From Octopus bimaculoides (Eukaryota), in the NCBI RefSeq assembly GCF_001194135.2, contig NC_068982.1:122344816-122408815 (forward strand): a stretch of DNA of 64,000 bases. The letters run 5' to 3'. The position numbers were made by a program, and so were the translations under genes. Below, piece by piece: positions 63,868 to 64,000 of this stretch (within the stretch, counting starts at the first letter, position 1; the number at the start of each line of letters is the position of its first letter). The notes under the pieces were generated by a model. It did not search any database. It was given only the letters and a program-made list of their open reading frames with translations, and had not been told where the DNA came from.

Positions 63868-64000
63868 TTATTCATAAGCCTGCTCTGCTAAATGATCACA
63901 TACAGATGTGTCATAATACAGCATTGCACTTCCTACACATAATATAATCAGACTTTTTTATGAGTAGAGATATACACCATTGTTTTCTTTATTTTTTTTT

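Overview
AT-rich, repeat-dense eukaryotic genomic DNA with five N-gaps. The repeat repertoire (tRNA-derived CORE-type and Nin/Deu-type SINEs, (GAT)n-tailed RTE LINE ends, long microsatellites) looks like an octopus/cephalopod genome; this is an inference. One host gene is supported: a minus-strand chloride intracellular channel (CLIC/EXC-4 family, GST fold). It has three phase-0 coding exons (36041-35700, 28716-28546, 22099-21614; 332 spliced aa). Its first exon could not be placed with confidence. The protein has a CPLC dithiol motif and a long acidic C-terminal tail. The rest is mostly transposon debris: a Chapaev-like DNA transposon, mariner, Tc1, Tigger and piggyBac elements, a Helitron-type non-autonomous element, RTE and CR1/L2 fragments, many SINEs and a degenerate Penelope-like retroelement. 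The most unusual observations are: (1) a Myb/SANT-trihelix domain directly upstream of, and apparently once fused to, the Penelope-like RT; (2) a perfect 27-bp hairpin about 100 nt inside the intron after the first identified CLIC exon; (3) a head-to-tail array of about 10 same-strand SINEs at 12.6-17.3 kb; (4) two self-complementary direct repeats bracketing an unclassified 1.2-kb segment. Repeat family names come from motif recognition, not database searches, and most repeat boundaries are approximate.
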